Assembly: GCA_019828565.1 (NCBI GenBank)
Contig: JAHDYR010000039.1
Span: 1-13,803 of the forward strand
Origin: Carpediemonas membranifera BICM
Lineage: Eukaryota; Protista; Fornicata
DNA length: 13,803 nt
Direction of reading: 5' to 3'
Part shown: piece by piece, positions 9,735-13,803 of the stretch
Numbering within the stretch: the stretch's first letter is position 1
How the letters are laid out: the number at the start of each line of letters is the position of its first letter
Notes under the pieces: model-generated
Told to the model about the DNA's origin: nothing
Seen by the model: only the letters and a program-made list of their open reading frames with translations
Database searches by the model: none
Position numbers and translations under genes: made by a program

Positions 9735-10017
9735 CTGCGGGTTGAAGTTGCGTGGATCTGACTACTTAGGCGAGGTCCTGCAGCGCTAGGTGGGCTGCGG
9801 CTCCGTGGGCCCGGTGGTCGATTGAGCACGGAGCCGCACGTAACATAGGCAAGTAGTGGTCTATGAATTTACTCGATTGTATGTTTATCACATACTAACC
9901 CTAACCCATTAAACACGTAAACGGAAGAATTTAAAGCTCATGTGCCTCTGTCATATCTACCCATAGAATGAGTCCCCCAAGGCCTTGGGCAAGGTCCCCG
10001 CAGCACAGCTGTTGGGG
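9735..10017 (+). ncRNA. Candidate structured ncRNA, possibly telomerase RNA (boundaries approximate)
   Basis: Long G-U-containing stem 9739-9767/9851-9874 enclosing a perfect 12-bp hairpin 9796-9807/9827-9838. A 6-bp hairpin 9879-9895 abuts CTAACCCTAACCC at 9895-9907. Confidence 0.35.
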
Positions 10018-10026
10018 AAGTGAGTC

Positions 10027-10653
10027 TCATCCGGCTGATCTGACGCACTGGCGGCTGAGCTCAAGTGTGAGCCTGATTGCGGCGTGCAGGTCGTCCATGG
10101 TCTTGGCGTTGCTGACGGAGATCTTTCCCATCATTGTCACGCGCGTGATGACGCCCGCGGGCTTGTGCCACATAATCATGACAGAGTCGCCGAGCTCGGG
10201 CGAGTATACGCTGATGTCAGCCGTGATTGCTGCGAGCTTGTCGAGGTCGATGAGCGAGATGGCGCCCTGGCGGTTGACCATCTTGTCTGCGCGGATCTCC
10301 TTCATGCGCCAGTCCTTCAGACGCATCTCACCGACCGCCTTCGCGGCCTCAATACCCTGGATGAACGTCTGCAGCACGGCGTTGTGCGCCTTCGCGGGGT
10401 CGGGAACACCGAAAATGTCGAGTGTGCCACGGCCCGTGGCCAGGAGACGGCCGCAGACGGAGTACTTCTGCATGAACATAGTGTTGAACGTCATTGACGG
10501 GAGCTGGTCCTTCGGTGCAAGGCTGCAGTGCATGTCGGCCTTCGTCATCTCCTTGCACAGCTTCTCTATCGTCTTGTCATTCAGTTTCTTGCATGAGATC
10601 TTGAACTGTGAACGCGAGTAGCCCATCGTGGGCGGCGCCTCCTCACTCCCCAT
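10027..10653 (-). CDS. Highly divergent TATA-binding protein (TBP)-like protein, 208 aa from ATG 10653
   Basis: C-terminal half IDLDKLA...YSPELGDSVMIMWHKP...VTMMGKISVSNAKTMDDLHAAI aligns with TBP repeat 2 (IRLEGL...YEPELFPGLIYRM.KP...IFVSGKVVLTGAK). A weaker first repeat reads PKDQLPSM...LLATGR. Confidence 0.7.
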   Translation of the reverse strand: MGSEEAPPTMGYSRSQFKISCKKLNDKTIEKLCKEMTKADMHCSLAPKDQLPSMTFNTMFMQKYSVCGRLLATGRGTLDIFGVPDPAKAHNAVLQTFIQGIEAAKAVGEMRLKDWRMKEIRADKMVNRQGAISLIDLDKLAAITADISVYSPELGDSVMIMWHKPAGVITRVTMMGKISVSNAKTMDDLHAAIRLTLELSRQCVRSAG

Positions 10654-10683
10654 CGAGAACAAGGCGTGGTGCTAGTCTGGTCT

Positions 10684-10696
10684 AATCTGGCAAAAC
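10684..10696 (-). promoter_or_regulatory. Putative promoter motif GTTTTGCCAGATT (copy 1)
   Basis: Identical 13-mer recurs at 12074-12086; about 30 nt upstream of the TBP-like ATG. Confidence 0.45.
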
Positions 10697-10957
10697 ATTT
10701 ACGGCGTTTGGCCAGGAATTGGGAAGGTAGAGATGTCAGAACGTCATGGATTTCTCAGACCTGGGCGCCGCGTTCCTTTGTCAGCGACGTCTGGTGGGGT
10801 GACGAAAAGGTATTGATATCTCGCACGCAAGAGGATGGCCCAAGAGAAGACCGATGAGGAGGGCCTAGCTGGTCTCAACAACGCTCCGGTGCATGCTGAA
10901 TCGTGTCTCACAAACATGTAACATACAGTCGATTGACTTCGCGCAGAACACCACGTA

Positions 10958-11541
10958 ATGAAGCAATTAGACGTAGCCTTCGACGGGGAGCCTGTTTTTG
11001 CAAGCAAACATAGACCATGCGAGATCTACCAGGATGTTGTTATTCCATCAGGGGAGAAGGTTTGCCAGCTTAGCCCGTATTGTAACACAGCCGGCCTTCA
11101 TATTCTTTGAATACTACTATGTGGCATCAGTAGCCATTTCCTTTCAGGAGAAACGTATGTTCACTGCAATTCATCCACCATTCTTACTCAGCAGACACTG
11201 AAAAATTCCACCTGGCTTGCAAACCGATCACTCTCATGCAAGACCCCCATTCAGAGGCTGACGCATATGGAACACGCATCATTGATGCCACTACGCTGAC
11301 CGCGGCCTTCAAGAACACTCCAACTGTTCACCGGCTGCGCCTGCACCTTTTCCAGCCGAGCCCGATGTGGGCCTCCTTCAAGCTCACCAGGGTTGAGCTG
11401 TTCACCCCAGATGTGTTCCATGTCGCCGAGACCCATGCTGCCCGTGTGTCGACGACATCTGCCCATGCGATGCATGACGCCATGGCGTGTGTTGCCGCGT
11501 CTGCCCAGACCATTCGGGCCCTCGCAGACGCAAGGCGGTAA
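10958..11541 (+). CDS. NICN1: Nicolin-1 homologue (tubulin polyglutamylase complex subunit), ~171 aa; exons 10958-11059, 11091-11154 and 11192(or 11195)-11541
   Basis: Spliced product has RP..IYQDVVIPS, IFFEYYYVASVAI, LMQDPHSEADA and LRLHLFQPSPMWASF, matching NICN1 motifs (FKNYY, LMPDPHSE, LRLILRQPSPLWLSF) in order. Confidence 0.85.
11060..11090 (+). other. 31-nt intron 1 of NICN1
   Basis: GTTTGC...TGTAACACAG, phase 0, restores frame. Confidence 0.8.
11155..11191 (+). other. 37-nt intron 2 of NICN1 (alternative acceptor at 11194, 40 nt)
   Basis: GTATGT...CTCAG CAG, phase 1; both AGs are in frame. Confidence 0.8.
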
Positions 11542-11683
11542 GGACTGTGGGGATGTTCCGTCTATCGATACTACGGCGCTTTGCTATCAATATGCTGTGC
11601 CTCCTATGCTGCCCTGACGGCTGGTCACGCCATACGATTTCTGCTAAACGCAACTAGAGCTTTACTATGGACACGAATGACGC

Positions 11684-12052
11684 TCATTGAACAACGGCGT
11701 CATTTTGCCGCTTTCTGGAGATCACCTTCGCGCATGCGTTGTCCAGCTTGATCACGGCGGCCTTGAGGCGGCGGACCTTATCCTCGAAAAGTCGCATGTC
11801 GTTCGCTGAGGCCAACAAGGAGTGTGCTGCTACTTGGGCTCCCTTAGCGGCTTCAATATGATGCAGAGTCGCATCAGCCATCTCTTCAACAGCATCCTCC
11901 CACTGCAAATGAAGTTCGGAAAGTGTGCCCAAGTTTGTCGCGAAGTGCTGCGAGTAGAATTGTAATGACTTGTCAATCCCGTCTGTGATGTTTTTGGCTT
12001 CTGTTTCTACTTGCAATAACTCATTAGCAAGCTCCTGTGCGTCGCTCTGCAT
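11684..12052 (-). CDS. BORCS6: BORC subunit 6 (lyspersin)-like coiled-coil protein, 122 aa
   Basis: Pattern L..VE.EAK.I...ID..L...WEDAVEEMADA....I...L......KVRRLK..V..LD..C follows the BORCS6 C-terminal helix. Another BLOC-1/BORC subunit is not excluded. Confidence 0.6.
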   Translation of the reverse strand: MQSDAQELANELLQVETEAKNITDGIDKSLQFYSQHFATNLGTLSELHLQWEDAVEEMADATLHHIEAAKGAQVAAHSLLASANDMRLFEDKVRRLKAAVIKLDNACAKVISRKRQNDAVVQ

Positions 12053-12073
12053 GTCGAATTGATGTGGCAGTCA

Positions 12074-12086
12074 AATCTGGCAAAAC
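12074..12086 (-). promoter_or_regulatory. Putative promoter motif GTTTTGCCAGATT (copy 2)
   Basis: Identical to 10684-10696; about 21 nt upstream of the ATG at 12052. Confidence 0.45.
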
Positions 12087-12200
12087 CAAGGGAGCCCAAA
12101 AATATGCGCTCCATCAGTGCGATAGTCTCATGTGTTCGGTTAGGACGGCAGGTTAACGAAATGTGTTAAAGTGCGAATTACTTGTGCTTGGTTCAGAGCA

Positions 12201-12774
12201 ATGGTGAGTGATAAGAACCCGCTACCACCAAATTGGTATCTCAACTACAGATCTGACGATGAAAGCTCCTGGCCAAAACCACCGCAACCAAACATTGGCC
12301 AGTACACGATGTTTGGGCAACAATACGACGTATGTTTCCGTGAATACTCTCATATAGACCAGCGATTTGGGGCAAATAGCAGATGATGCACTTGCCTCTG
12401 AGGGCGTGCCTGTCTACATGACTCTCGGGCTGTCGCCCAAGGACCAGCTCAAGCAACTTGTCCGCGCCCTGCACCGCAAGTACCTGGAGATCCTGGACGA
12501 AGTGCTGCGGTCCCCGGAAGGAGCGTTCTTTGCAGTGAATGGCCTGGCATCCGAGAGTGTCGGTGTCACTGAAGCCAAGAACATCATGGCGAACATCCTC
12601 CACAGACTCAACGAGTTCAGACTCGCAGACGGACTGGAGCAGCTCCATACCCATATCAAGCAGAGCTCAGAGGTTCGGTCAGAGATTACGGCCGAGCTGA
12701 GCATGCTGGACGATACGATGGCCCGAGTGCTGTCCCGGGGCGTGGAGACAGAGACCGACGAGGACATGGGATGA
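12201..12774 (+). CDS. MED7: Mediator complex subunit 7, 181 aa; exons 12201-12329 and 12358-12774
   Basis: PLPPNWY...PKPPQP..GQYTMFG, then LKQLVRALHRKYLEILD...NILHRLNEFR: the MED7 motifs. Confidence 0.88.
12330..12357 (+). other. 28-nt intron in MED7
   Basis: GTATGT...CATATAG; the only nearby AG that joins both MED7 halves in frame. Confidence 0.8.
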
Positions 12775-13480
12775 CACGTGGGCGGAGAATCGGTGAATCG
12801 TGGTTATGACGAGAACAAGCATCGGGTCGAAAACAGTGGAAAGCGGTTGATGAGGTCTCCTGAGGCGTCTGCTTCGTAGCAGGACAAGTCCCATATCCGT
12901 GTAAACAACGATAGAAAGGACTGAGTGCTGGTCACCGGCGAGTTGCCCCGCCCCAAGCCGTGGGCGAGAGGAATCCCCTTTATTCCATCGCCCTTGTTAA
13001 CCACCCGACTACAGGCAACCTGGCCACATCTGAACACAACAACAAACGTAGCACGTATGGCGACACATCAGACACTGGCTCGGGTCCAAAGCCTGTCTGA
13101 CACAGCCGTGTCCCGAGAGAGATGAGAAGGGAGCGGTCACCCGCGCCGGCTGAGGAGTTGTAGACCCGGCAGTTGCCCTCGTGGATGAGAGGTGCACTAC
13201 ATATTCATTCTGTGGTCTTGTATGAAATTGATTCTTGACGGGCATTATATGTCCCATTGATCGAGGTGCACTTTAATCGCTACACATTTGTGCTATTGAA
13301 GGGTCGAACAATGTGTTTACACTGCGCAACACTGCCCTGTCTCCCTCCTACTCACGTCTTAAGTCGGTAGGGAGATCGTCTTCTCCAGGGCTTCCACAAA
13401 GCGTCTTCTTCGTGGACGTCAGCGCAGCTGCAAACATCACAATCGCACACGTCGTCTCATTGTCTTCTATTCCACATTAA

Positions 13481-13803
13481 ATTCACTTCTTGGACAACCC
13501 CAGGTCAATGGGCCGTCTGCTCAGCCTGAGCACCGATGGGGTCTGTGTGGCGGTGACGGTTAAGCGAGGCGGCCACTATCGACCACAACATGATGCGAGC
13601 ATGCCTGTTCGAAAGCGAGCGAGGGGGCGGGAGAAAGAGCGCCCCCGACTCGGGACCAATAATGCCGATGCTCCGCCCGCGCCGGATCCTGATGCCCACC
13701 TCATGGGGTTCGACCCGGGCGCAAGGTCCATCGGAGGGTATTACATCAGGCACCCCGATGGCACCACCAGCTCCGGCGTCCTTCCAAAGTGCGGATACAC
13801 TAA
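13481..13803 (+). mobile_element. Partial Fanzor1 (eukaryotic TnpB-like) RNA-guided nuclease reading frame, open at the window edge
   Basis: Stop-free frame IHFLDNPRSMGRLLSLSTDGVCVAVTVKR...AHLMGFDPGARSIGGYYI...; TDG at 13532-13540 and GFDPG at 13706-13720. Confidence 0.6.

Noticed and set aside
9796-9838. tRNA or SRP helix 8 in the 12-bp hairpin
   Set aside because: Too short for a cloverleaf; lacks CAGG/GNRA and has no Alu domain.
2130-12052. Functional endolysosomal gene cluster (lipase, 4-TM, VPS51, BORCS6)
   Set aside because: Interspersed with unrelated genes; adjacency in a compact eukaryotic genome is not evidence.
13505-13753. 82-aa minus-strand ORF
   Set aside because: Antisense to the motif-bearing Fanzor-like frame; no features of its own.

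Overview
Gene-dense eukaryotic (protist-like) DNA, not prokaryotic. Three genes carry a total of four very short spliceosomal introns (28-40 nt, GTWTGY...YAG) that the ORF track misses. Genes in order: secreted class-3 lipase (spliced), 4-TM protein, Vps51, a degenerate membrane-anchored UDP-galactopyranose-mutase-like protein with an extra C-terminal domain, an RCC1-repeat protein, a very divergent TBP-like protein, Nicolin-1 (3 exons), a BORCS6-like protein and MED7 (2 exons). The compactness and intron style suggest a metamonad/fornicate-like flagellate (inference only). Most notable: (1) an unlisted reading frame running off the right edge with Fanzor1-like TDG and RuvC-I GFDPG motifs; (2) a run of eight hairpins at 487-734 behind a possibly decayed Fanzor C-terminus; (3) a structured intergenic segment at ~9735-10017 with CTAACCCTAACCC directly after a small hairpin, a candidate telomerase RNA. 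All family calls come from motif recognition by eye, not database searches.
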